From Mobula hypostoma (lineage: Eukaryota), in the NCBI RefSeq assembly GCF_963921235.1, contig NC_086108.1, positions 6,324,001-6,388,000 on the forward strand: 64,000 bases of DNA, in the 5' to 3' direction. The position numbers were made by a program, and so were the translations under genes. The notes beneath the pieces were generated by a model that had not been told where the DNA came from, did no database searches, and saw nothing but the letters and a program-made list of their open reading frames with translations. Numbering within the stretch: the first letter of the stretch is position 1; the number at the start of each line of letters is the position of its first letter. This document shows positions 57,101-64,000 of the stretch, piece after piece.

Positions 57101-60100
57101 TCAGGAACAGTTATTACCCCACAACCATCAGGCTCCTGAACCAGTGTGGATAACTTCACTCACCACAATGAGTGTCAGGTCCCACACCACCAGGTTCAGG
57201 AACAGTTATTACCCCACAACCATCAGGCTCCTGAACCAGTGTGGATAACTTCACTCACCACAATGAGCCTCAGGTCCCACATCACCAGGTTCAGGAACAG
57301 TTATTACCCCACAACCATCAGACTCCTGAACCAGTGTGGATAACTTCACTCACCACAATGAGCCTCAGGTCCCACACCACCAGGTTCAGGAACAGTTATT
57401 ACCCCACAACCATCAGGCTCCTGAACCAGTGTGGATAACTTCACTCCCCACAATGAGCCTCAGGTCCCACACCACCAGGTTCAGGAACAGTTATTACCCC
57501 ACAACCATCAGGCTCCTGAACCAGTGTGGATAACTTCACTCACCACAATGAGCCTCAGGTCCCACACCACCAGGTTCAGGAACAGTTATTACCCCTCAAC
57601 CATCAGGCTCCTGAACCAGTGTGGATAACTTCACTCACCACAATGAGCCTCAGGTCCCACACCACCAGGTTCAGGAACAGTTATTACCCCACAACCATCA
57701 GGCTCCTGAACCAGTGTGGATAACTTCACTCAGCACAATGAGCCTCAGGTCCCACACCACCAGGTTCAGGAACAGTTATTACCCCACAACCATCAGGCTC
57801 CTGAACCAGTGTGGATAACTTCACTCAGCACAATGAGCCTCAGGTCCCACACCACCAGGTTCAGGAACAGTTATTACCCCACAACCATCAGGCTCCTGAA
57901 CCAGTGTGGATAACTTCACTCCCCACAATGAGCCTCAGGTCCCACACCAGCAGGTTCAGGAACAGTTATTACCCCACAACCATCAGGCTCCTGAACCAGT
58001 GTGGATAACTCCACTCACCTCAACTCTGAACTGATTCCACAATGTACAGACTCACTTTCAATAACTCTACAACTCATGTTCTCAGTATTACTATTTTTAT
58101 TTGCACATCGGTTATTTGTCAGTCTTTATGTGTATATTTATTTATTTATTTGTGTTTTTAGATGCAGTGCGGAATAGGCCCTTGTGGCCTTTGAGCCACG
58201 CCGCCCAGCAACCCTCGATTTAATCCCAGCCTAGTCACGGGGCAATTTACGATGACCAATTAACCTACCAACCAATACTGAGTACAGCTGACAATAATAA
58301 AAGTAATCATCAATCTTTTATTTTAAAATTCTGCCGTCTTGAAATTTAACTCTTTTTTTGTTCACAGAATCAGGGAGCACTACAGTACAGAAACAGGCCC
58401 TTCAGCCCATCTAGTCTGTGTCAAACTATAATTCTGCCTACTCCCATCAGCCCGCACCTGGACGACAGCCATCCGTACACTTCATTCATGTACCTATCCA
58501 AACTTCTCTTAAATGTTGGAATCGATCCTGCGTCCACCACGTCTGCTGGCAGCTCGTTCCACACTCTCAGCTTCATCTGAGTGAAGGGCTCCCCTTCAAT
58601 ATTTCACCTTTCACCCTTAACCCATGACCTCCAGTTCTAGTCTCACTCAGGGGAAAAGCCTGCTTGCATTTACCCTATCTCTACCCTTCATAATTTTATA
58701 TCATCATCACCATCATCGTTGTGTCATATGACGTGGATGATCATAGGCTTTCCACGACCATGATTGTTCTTTGCTCATACGGCCATCCACCACCTGCTCC
58801 CATGGCTTCACGTGACCCTGATTGGGGGTGAGGGGCTAAGCAGGTGCTACACCTTGCCCAAGGGTGACCTGCAGGCTAGCGGAGGGAAGGAGCACCTTAC
58901 ACCTCCTTTGGTAGAGATGTAGCTCCACCCCACCACCCAATTTGTATACCTCTATCAAATCTCCCCTTCTTCTCCTACACTCCAAGGAATAAAGTCCAAA
59001 TTTATTCCGCCTCTCCCTGTAACTGAGGTCCTCAAGTCCCGGCAACATCCTTGTCAATCTTTCTGCAATCTAATTGATTTTGTTAGTTTGAGGGGTGTGG
59101 CTGTGATAACATATTTGCTGCCTGTCCCCTACTGAATCTGCCATCTGCCTGCTTTTGTTTGTTTATTTATTTATTTATTGAGATACAGCACAGAATAGAA
59201 CCTTCCAGCAATCCCGATTTAATCTACAGTGGCCTTATCTTAGGGCAGTTTACAATGACGAATTAACCTGCCAACCGGTACGTCTTTGGACTTTGGGAGG
59301 AAACCGGAGCACCCGGAGGGAAACCCACGTGGTGACGGGGAGAACGTACGAACTCCTTACAGGCAGCGACGGGAATTGAACCCGAGCCGCCGGCACTGTA
59401 GAGTACTGTGCTCACCACTACGCCACCGTGCCAACCCTGCACTGCTGTAGTCCGTGTGGTGTACACCCCTCATGGAGCATGATTCGGATTAACGAGTTCG
59501 AGCACCGACTCACTTCGTTTCCGATGGTGTCAATTTTGTGTTGCACTTGGGGAACCCACTGCCGGATGATTGCAAAGAGCTCAGGGATGGTCGTCTGCGG
59601 GTTGAAGAGGATTTCCTGACAGGCCGGGTCATTCGGATCAAAGAAGGTGAAGGCTGTTCAGAACGGGGAGAATAACATTTCAATCAAACACTGGAGATGC
59701 AGGTGAAAGCGTCTCATCTCAGAGGAGAGGAGGGTGGGTGGGGAGGGGGAGCGTGTGGAGGGGCAAGGAGGATGAGGGGCGCAGAGGCGAGGGGCAGGGT
59801 GACCACGTGGGTCGGGGTAAAGGAGACGGTGAGGGGAGAAGGGAAGATATTGGAGGAAGGGTGAGGGCAGACATGGGATGAAAGGGGTGTGAGGGATAGT
59901 GGCTGGGAGGTGGGGGGGTGAAAGAGAGGGATGCAAAGAAGGGTGGAGGAGAGGGGAGGAGGTGGGGGAGGGTGGGAGGCAGGAGATAAGGAAGGTATGA
60001 AAAGAGGAAGAGTGAGGGAGGAAGTGATGGATGGAGGGAAGGCAGGTGGGGAGGGAAGACAGGAGGTGAGGGAGGGAATGGGGCATGAGATGAGGGAGGG

Positions 60101-60409
60101 TGGTAGGCAAGAGGCAAAGGAGAGGGAGGGACGGAGGGGGAGGAGGTGACAGAGGGAGAGGCTTTGAGGAAAGAGGCGAGAGGGGAAGGACGGGAGGAGG
60201 CAAAGGGAGGGAGGGGAATGAGGAAGTGTGGACGGGGCTCAGATGATTGAAGAGCTACCATAGTCCTTGGGCAGTGGTGCTGGGGCCGAGGGGTGAACCA
60301 TGGGCTTCTTGCGTCTCTCCATCACCGGGCTGTGGAAATCTGTGGGCTGCTCTTGGGGCTCAAGGGGCTCCTCCTCGGAAGCCACATCTGCCACGTTCTC
60401 CTTCGTCAT
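14817..60409 (-). CDS. CLIP3: CAP-Gly domain-containing linker protein 3 (CLIP3/CLIPR-59), 13 coding exons, 539 aa. Join: 60409-60259, 59653-59514, 50340-50247, 46493-46332, 45521-45403, 41765-41529, 39975-39840, 39063-38935, 35294-35160, 29729-29606, 22828-22764, 20194-20122, 14871-14817
   Basis: The spliced translation matches remembered vertebrate CLIP3 from end to end ([28 protein letters not shown], ankyrin repeats, GKNDG and GKHDG CAP-Gly motifs, C-terminus [18 protein letters not shown]). All introns are GT-AG, phases agree, total is 1620 nt. Confidence 0.97.
15120..15157. repeat. (CA)n microsatellite
   Basis: About 18 CA units. Confidence 0.95.
15164..15690 (-). mobile_element. Internally deleted Tc1/mariner element
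   Basis: TIRs CAGTGGCCACTTTATTAGGTACAG and CTGTACCTAATGGAGTGGCCACTG; transposase HTH remnant [33 protein letters not shown]. Confidence 0.85.
19848..20100. mobile_element. Palindromic Penelope-derived element (two inverted termini, each with a hammerhead-like core)
   Basis: Inverted arms of about 100 bp at 19893-19994 and 20000-20100. Confidence 0.8.
19946..19983 (-). ncRNA. Minimal type I hammerhead ribozyme motif (Penelope type)
   Basis: Minus strand reads gtc CTGACGA A GGGTCTTGGCCC GAAAC GTC aactg: intact core, stem II, palindromic ACGT mini stem III; helix I imperfect. Confidence 0.6.
20122..20194 (-). CDS. CLIP3: CLIP3 coding exon 12 ([25 protein letters not shown])
   Basis: 73 nt, acceptor ctgtag, donor GTAACA. 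Confidence 0.94.
20408..20645. mobile_element. Probable solo LTR
   Basis: TGTT...AACA ends with a short imperfect inverted repeat, flanked by a 5-bp direct repeat CCCAG (20403-20407 and 20646-20650). Confidence 0.7.
20795..21510 (+). mobile_element. Degenerate CR1 LINE 3' fragment
   Basis: Reads [24 protein letters not shown]...RRLRGDL, then CR1 3'UTR. Confidence 0.85.
22190..22600 (+). mobile_element. About 400-bp non-autonomous RTE-like element; further copies at 36410-36810 and 44385-44785
   Basis: Three copies share CTTGTCGT(A/G)GG...GGGTCACCCATG...AAACAGGTCAA heads and AGATGGAGGA...GGGCAGTAA tails; RTE assignment is from memory. Confidence 0.6.
22764..22828 (-). CDS. CLIP3: CLIP3 coding exon 11 ([21 protein letters not shown])
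   Basis: 65 nt, acceptor tttttcag, donor GTACGT; resembles remembered human IGG...KKVHQVT. Confidence 0.92.
23225..23720 (+). mobile_element. CR1 LINE 3' end
   Basis: Reads [16 protein letters not shown]...RTRGHSL; (TATGGTCT)n tail. Confidence 0.85.
24190..24530 (+). mobile_element. Short interspersed repeat of about 340 bp; copies at 28620-28800 plus 29374-29500 (-), 38280-38570 (+) and 58700-58935 (-)
   Basis: Shared CCGCTAGCCTGCAGGTCACCC...GGGTCACGTGAAGCCATGGGAG core and (ATG)n tail. Confidence 0.7.
24659..25840 (-). mobile_element. Young 5'-truncated CR1 LINE, same subfamily as 6237-7527, inserted into an older CR1 fragment
   Basis: 358-aa RT ORF 24750-25826 nearly identical to ORF 6389-7459; (TTTCTATG)n tail. 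Confidence 0.95.
27578..27860 (+). mobile_element. tRNA-derived HE1/Mermaid-like SINE; other copies near 12970-13135, 16015-16260, 35365-35620, 39435-39745 and 59150-59435 (-)
   Basis: A/B-box-like head (GTGGTTAGC...GGTTCAATTCC) followed by the core GGAGTTTGTACGTTCTCCCCGTG...GGGTGCTCCGGTTTCCTCCC. Confidence 0.75.
28210..28615 (+). mobile_element. Tc1-like element fragment (same family as 15164-15690)
   Basis: TIR-like CACTCATTGGTCACTTTATTGGTACA and remnant MGKKCDLS...ARWGGLSI. Confidence 0.7.
28801..29373 (-). mobile_element. CR1 LINE 3' end inserted into a short interspersed repeat
   Basis: Reads [21 protein letters not shown]; (TTTCTATG)n tail; the host repeat resumes on both sides. Confidence 0.88.
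29606..29729 (-). CDS. CLIP3: CLIP3 coding exon 10, CAP-Gly 2 ([42 protein letters not shown])
   Basis: 124 nt, GKHDG motif, acceptor cctcag, donor GTAACC. Confidence 0.96.
30035..30850 (+). mobile_element. About 800-bp non-coding interspersed element; related copies at 18875-19715 (+), 16430-17070 (-) and 48090-48520 (+)
   Basis: AAGATGGCG start, shared CTCCCCTCTCGCTGTG and GGAGAGAGAGAG internal blocks, AAGAATTTCAGG...TATA tail. Confidence 0.55.
31860..33360 (-). mobile_element. Rex1/Babar-type LINE, 5'-truncated
   Basis: RT motifs [31 protein letters not shown] and KFADN; C-terminus [15 protein letters not shown]; (GATTCT)n tail. Confidence 0.9.
34041..34345 (+). mobile_element. tRNA-derived SINE with target-site duplication; related head at 56143-56425
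   Basis: A box TGGCCAAGTGG and B box GAGTTCGAGCC; direct repeat AAGAAGAAGTGG on both sides. Confidence 0.8.
34690..34905. repeat. Tandem repeat of about 71-72 bp, about 3 copies, derived from CR1 3' sequence
   Basis: AGGCTGTG.CCTCTG recurs at 34748, 34819 and 34891. Confidence 0.8.
35160..35294 (-). CDS. CLIP3: CLIP3 coding exon 9 ([45 protein letters not shown])
   Basis: 135 nt, acceptor ccacag, donor GTGTGT. Confidence 0.93.
38935..39063 (-). CDS. CLIP3: CLIP3 coding exon 8 ([43 protein letters not shown])
   Basis: 129 nt, acceptor cctcag, donor GTAATT. Confidence 0.94.
39840..39975 (-). CDS. CLIP3: CLIP3 coding exon 7, CAP-Gly 1 ([45 protein letters not shown])
   Basis: 136 nt, GKNDG motif, acceptor ttgcag, donor GTAAGG. 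Confidence 0.96.
40050..40572 (+). mobile_element. CR1 LINE 3' end
   Basis: Reads [11 protein letters not shown]1 3'UTR and (TATGGTCT)n tail. Confidence 0.85.
41529..41765 (-). CDS. CLIP3: CLIP3 coding exon 6 ([31 protein letters not shown]...[11 protein letters not shown])
   Basis: 237 nt, acceptor caacag, donor GTAAGG. Confidence 0.95.
42030..42690. repeat. Purine-rich (G/A) low-complexity tract
   Basis: About 660 bp that are almost only G and A on the + strand. Confidence 0.9.
42700..43525 (-). mobile_element. Degenerate CR1 endonuclease-region fragment
   Basis: Reads [18 protein letters not shown] and [12 protein letters not shown]. Confidence 0.75.
44988..45180. mobile_element. hAT-like MITE
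   Basis: Imperfect TIRs of about 60 bp beginning (T/C)AGGGGTGGCCAACCTTT; no clear TSD. Confidence 0.75.
45403..45521 (-). CDS. CLIP3: CLIP3 coding exon 5 ([40 protein letters not shown])
   Basis: 119 nt, acceptor ttgcag, donor GTAAGC. Confidence 0.95.
46332..46493 (-). CDS. CLIP3: CLIP3 coding exon 4 ([54 protein letters not shown])
   Basis: 162 nt, acceptor gtgcag, donor GTAGGT. Confidence 0.95.
48765..48965. repeat. 72-bp minisatellite, about 2.7 copies, inside a Penelope-derived element
   Basis: ACAGTGACAGAGGCTGGGAGG at 48781, 48853 and 48925. Confidence 0.85.
50247..50340 (-). CDS. CLIP3: CLIP3 coding exon 3 ([31 protein letters not shown]), ankyrin repeat
   Basis: 94 nt, acceptor atacag, donor GTAGGT. 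Confidence 0.95.
53715..54705 (-). mobile_element. Degenerate CR1 LINE 3' part
   Basis: [16 protein letters not shown] and [10 protein letters not shown] motifs plus CR1 3'UTR. Confidence 0.85.
54945..55687 (-). repeat. 95-bp tandem array 1 (about 7.8 units), derived from a Rex/Babar LINE 3' end
   Basis: Exact 95-nt periodicity, also seen in the ORF track; unit reads [25 protein letters not shown]. Confidence 0.97.
56990..58018 (+). repeat. 95-bp tandem array 2 (about 10.5 units), inverted relative to arrays 1 and 3
   Basis: Same unit with 95-nt periodicity from 57051 to 58001. Confidence 0.97.
59514..59653 (-). CDS. CLIP3: CLIP3 coding exon 2 ([47 protein letters not shown])
   Basis: 140 nt, acceptor gaacag, donor GTGAGT. 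Confidence 0.95.
59720..60235. repeat. Purine-rich (G/A) low-complexity tract filling most of a 605-bp intron
   Basis: Mostly G and A on the + strand, with many G runs. Confidence 0.9.
60259..60409 (-). CDS. CLIP3: CLIP3 coding exon 1 (MTKENVADV...[12 protein letters not shown]); the exon starts at 60422 with 13 nt of 5'UTR
   Basis: ATG at 60409-60407, acceptor ttctgcag upstream of 60422, donor GTAGCT, phase 1. Confidence 0.93.
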
Positions 60410-60809
60410 GTTTGAAGGTGGCCTGCAGAACACAGAGAGACGGCGACATTAGAACCAACAGCCACGGGTATAAAGAGGATCAGAAACGTGCTGAGGATAA
60501 AAACCACACAGGGAACTACTCTCTGTCGCTTTAACAGCAAGCACTGGAAAAGGAACGTTCAAAACCTATTCCTCAAAGTACAAAGTACATATATGTCACC
60601 ATATACAACCCTGACATCTGTTTTCTTGCAAACATTCACGGTAGAACAAAGAAATACAACAAATCAATGAAAACCTGCACAGAAACAAATCACCATTGGG
60701 CAACAGAGGGCAAACTATGTAAATAGAACAATTAAATATTACTGAGAACACGAGTTGTAGAGTCCCTGAAAATGAATCTGCAGGCTGTAGAATCAGTTCA
60801 GAGTTGCGG

Positions 60810-61555
60810 TGAGTGAAATTATCCACACTGGTTCAGGAGCCTGATGGTTGTGGGGTAATAACTGTTCCTGAGCCTGGTGGTGTGGGACCTGAGGCTCATT
60901 GTGGTGAGTGAAGTTATCCACACTGGTTCAGGAGCCTGATGGTTGTGGGGTAATAACTGTTCCTGAGCCTGGTGGTGTGGGACCTGAGGCTCATTGTGGT
61001 GAGTGAAGTTATCCACACTGGTTCAGGAGCCTGATGGTTGTGGGGTAATAACTGTTCCTGAGCCTGGTGGTGTGGGACCTGAGGCTCATTGTGGTGAGTG
61101 AAGTTATCCACACTGGTTCAGGAGCCTGATGGTTGTGGGGTAATATCTGTTCGTGAACCTGGTGGTGTGGGACCTGAGGCTCATTGTGGTGAGTGAAGTT
61201 ATCCACACTGGTTCAGGAGCCTGATGGTTGTGGGGTAATAACTGTTCCTGAGCCTGGTGGTGTGGGACCTGAGGCTCATTGTGGTGAGTGAAGTTATCCA
61301 CACTGGTTCAGGAGCCTGATGGTTGTGGGGTAATAACTGTTCCTGAACCTGGTGGTGTGGGACCTGAGGCTCATTGTGGTGAGTGAAGTTATCCACACTG
61401 GTTCAGGAGCCTGATGGTTGTAGGGTAATAACTGTTCCTGAACCTGGTGGTGTGGGACCTGAGGCTCATCGTGGTGAGTGAAGTTATCCACACTGGTTCA
61501 GGAGCCTGATGGTTGTGGGGTAATAACTTCCTGAACCTGGTGATGTGGGACCTGA
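60810..61555 (-). repeat. 95-bp tandem array 3 (about 7.7 units)
   Basis: Same unit with 95-nt periodicity from 60819 to 61484. Confidence 0.97.
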
Positions 61556-62559
61556 CACTCTGATACCTCCTGTAGAATGGTAGTAGTGAGTAGGGAGCAT
61601 GATCTGGATGGCGGGGGTGGAGGGTCCTTGATGCTGGAAGCTGCTTTCCTGCAATAGCGCTCCATGCAGATATGCTCACTGGTGGGAAGGAATTTTCTGT
61701 GAAGAACTGGGCTGTATCCACTTCTTTTTGTAAGCCTTTTAGAACTGGTGCAGGAGCAGGCCATTCCACTCATCAAGCCTGCAGTCAGAACAATAACACA
61801 AGTGTTGTATGCCAGCTCGATTTCAAAGTTTAAGAGAAGCTTGGATAGGTGCATGAATGGTAGGGGTATAGAGGGTTATGGTCCCGGTGTAGATTGATGG
61901 GCGTAGGCAGTTTAAATGATTCGGCATGGACTAGATGGGCCAAAGGGCTTAGATAGGAACATAAAAACATAAGAAATAGGATCAGGAGTCGGCCATCCAG
62001 CCCGTCGAGCCTGCTCCACCATTCAATAAAATCATGGCTGATCTGGCCATGAACTCACCTCCACCTACCTGCCTTTTCCCCATAACCCTTAATTCCCCTA
62101 CTATGCAGAAATCTATCCAACCTTGTCTTAAATATATTTACTGAGGTAGCCTCCACTGCTTCATTGAGCAGAGAATTTCACAGATTCACCACTCTTTGGG
62201 AAAAGCAGTTTCTCATCATCCCCGTCCTAAATCTACTCCCCCGAACCTTGAGGCTATGTCCCCTAGTTCTAGTGGAAACAACTTTCCTGCCTCTTCCTTA
62301 TCCATCCCTTTCAAAACTTTACATGTTTCTATAAGATCCCCTCTCATTCTTCTGAATTGTACTTTTTGATGTTGTATTTTTCTATGACTCTATTTCTGAC
62401 TTCTCATCTTAATTCCCCTTTAAAATACTATAAAAATAAAATCATGGCTGATCTGGCCATGAACTCACCTCCACCTACCTGCCTTTTCCCCATAACCCTT
62501 AATTCCCCTACTATGCAGAAATCTATCCAACCTTGTCTTAAATATATTTACTGAGGTAC

Positions 62560-63100
62560 CCAACACACATCAAAGTTGCTGGTGAATGCAGCAGGCCAGG
62601 CAGCATCAGGTACAGTCCACATGTCGGGCCGAGACCCTTCGTCAGGACGAACTGAAGGAAGAGTTAGTAAGAGATTTGAAAGTGGGAGGGGGAGGGGGAG
62701 ATCCAAAATGATAGGAGAAGACAGGAGGGGGAGGGATGGAGCCAAGAGCTGGACAGGTGATTGGCAAAAGGGGATACGAGAGGATCATGGGACAGGAGGT
62801 CTAGGGAGAAGGAAAAGGGGGAGGGGGGAAATCCAGAGGATGGACAAGGGGTATAGTCAGAGGGACAAAAAGGAGAGAGAGAAAAAGAATGTGTGTATAT
62901 AAATAAATAACAGATGGGGTACGAGGGGGAGGTGGGGCATTAGTGGAAGTTAGAGAAGTCGATGTTCATGCCATCAGGTTGGAGGCTACCCAGACGGAAT
63001 ATAAGGTGTTGTTCCTCCAACCTGAGTGTGGCTTCAATCTTTACAGTAGAGGAGGCCGTGGATAGACATGTCAGAATGGGAATGGATGTGGAATTAAAAT
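62560..63100 (-). mobile_element. Penelope-like element 3' end: GIY-YIG C-terminus plus terminal repeat with hammerhead-like motif
   Basis: Minus strand reads FNSTSHSHSDMSIHGLLYCKD and ATLRLEEQHLIFRLGSLQPDGMNIDFSNFH*, followed by GTCCTGACGAAGGGTCTCGGCCCGACATGTGGACTG. Confidence 0.85.
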
Positions 63101-63109
63101 AACCAATAA

Positions 63110-63820
63110 AAATAACCAGTAGGTTACATCACAGTCAGTATGGACTGGAAATAACATCTCATCCTCACTGACAATTAACGCCGGCACTTCTCAAGAATGT
63201 TCCTCTCTCAACATTCACTACTGCGTGGTTAGGCACAGTTCAAAAGGTGTCAAAAATTTGCCGATGACACAACAGTTGTCAGCAGGATCTCCGATGGTGA
63301 CGAGGAGGCGTACAGGAGTGAGATAGATCAGCTGGTTGAGTGGTGTTGCCCCAACAGTTTTGTATTCAGCATCAGTAAGATCAAGGAATTGAGTGTAGAC
63401 TTCAGGAAGGGAAGGTTGAGGGAACAAACACCGGTCCTCATTGATGGATCAGCAGTGGAAAGGGTGAGCAGCTTCAAGTTACCGGGCATTAATTTCTCCG
63501 AAGATCTCTCCCAGACCTGGTTTAGAGGTTCCAATGCACAAGATCGCAAGAGGCTGCGAAGTCACAGGCTCAGCCGGTTCCATCTTGGACGCACCATCCC
63601 TCCCACCACCAGCACTACCAAGGACATCTACGAGAGGCAGTGCCTCAAGAAGGCGATATCCACCTCCAAAGATCTTCAACATCCTGGACATGCCCTCTTC
63701 TCATTGCTACCATCGGGGAGGAGGTACAGGGGCCTGAAGGCACACGCTCAACATTTTAGGAACAGTTTCTTCCCCTCTGACATCTGAATGGACATTGAAC
63801 CCATGAACACCACCTCACTA
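63110..63820 (+). mobile_element. Degenerate Rex1/Babar LINE fragment
   Basis: KFADDTTVV, VDFRK and [21 protein letters not shown] motifs. Confidence 0.85.
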
Positions 63821-64000
63821 TTTCAAGGGTATTGGTGTTTCCATTCCAGGCTGTGATGCAGCCAGCCAATATACTCTTCACCACACATCTATAGAAGCTT
63901 GTCAAAGTTCACGCTGAATCTTCGCAAACTCCTAAAGTTTTTGAAATTACACTTACGTGCTGGGCCGTGGACAGGTCCTCTGAAGTAATGACAATGAGGA

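Noticed and set aside
54945..61555. CRISPR-like array or a family of repeated 65-aa peptide genes
   Set aside because: Units are contiguous with no unique spacers and no cas genes, and the context is a vertebrate intron. The 65-aa ORFs result from the 95-nt period (not a multiple of 3) of LINE-derived sequence and begin at non-ATG codons.
60423..64000. CLIP3 promoter or first non-coding exon
   Set aside because: The region is almost all TE-derived with no CpG island, so it probably lies outside the window.

Overview
Vertebrate, repeat-rich genomic DNA. The repeat complement (CR1 LINEs with (TTTCTATG)n tails, HE1/Mermaid-like SINEs, Penelope-derived elements) suggests a cartilaginous fish such as a ray or shark; this is inference. 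The window holds the complete coding region of CLIP3 (CLIPR-59; ankyrin repeats plus two CAP-Gly domains) on the minus strand: 13 coding exons from ATG at 60409 to TAA at 14817, 1620 nt or 539 aa, all with GT-AG junctions and consistent phases. The non-coding first exon and promoter were not found and probably lie beyond 64000. Almost everything else is transposon-derived (CR1, Rex1/Babar, RTE, Penelope, tRNA-derived SINEs, Tc1 and hAT MITEs, a solo LTR). Two structures stand out. (1) Three near-identical arrays of a 95-bp LINE-tail-derived unit lie in alternating orientation (-,+,-) around the first two coding exons, suggesting concerted evolution and a possible competing dsRNA/back-splicing arrangement. 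(2) A family of Penelope-derived elements carries a minimal type I hammerhead-ribozyme motif (CTGANGA-A-stem-GAAAC-GTH), including a palindromic double copy beside a splice donor and two sense copies in the probable 3'UTR. All coordinates and counts were read by eye; no searches or folding were run.
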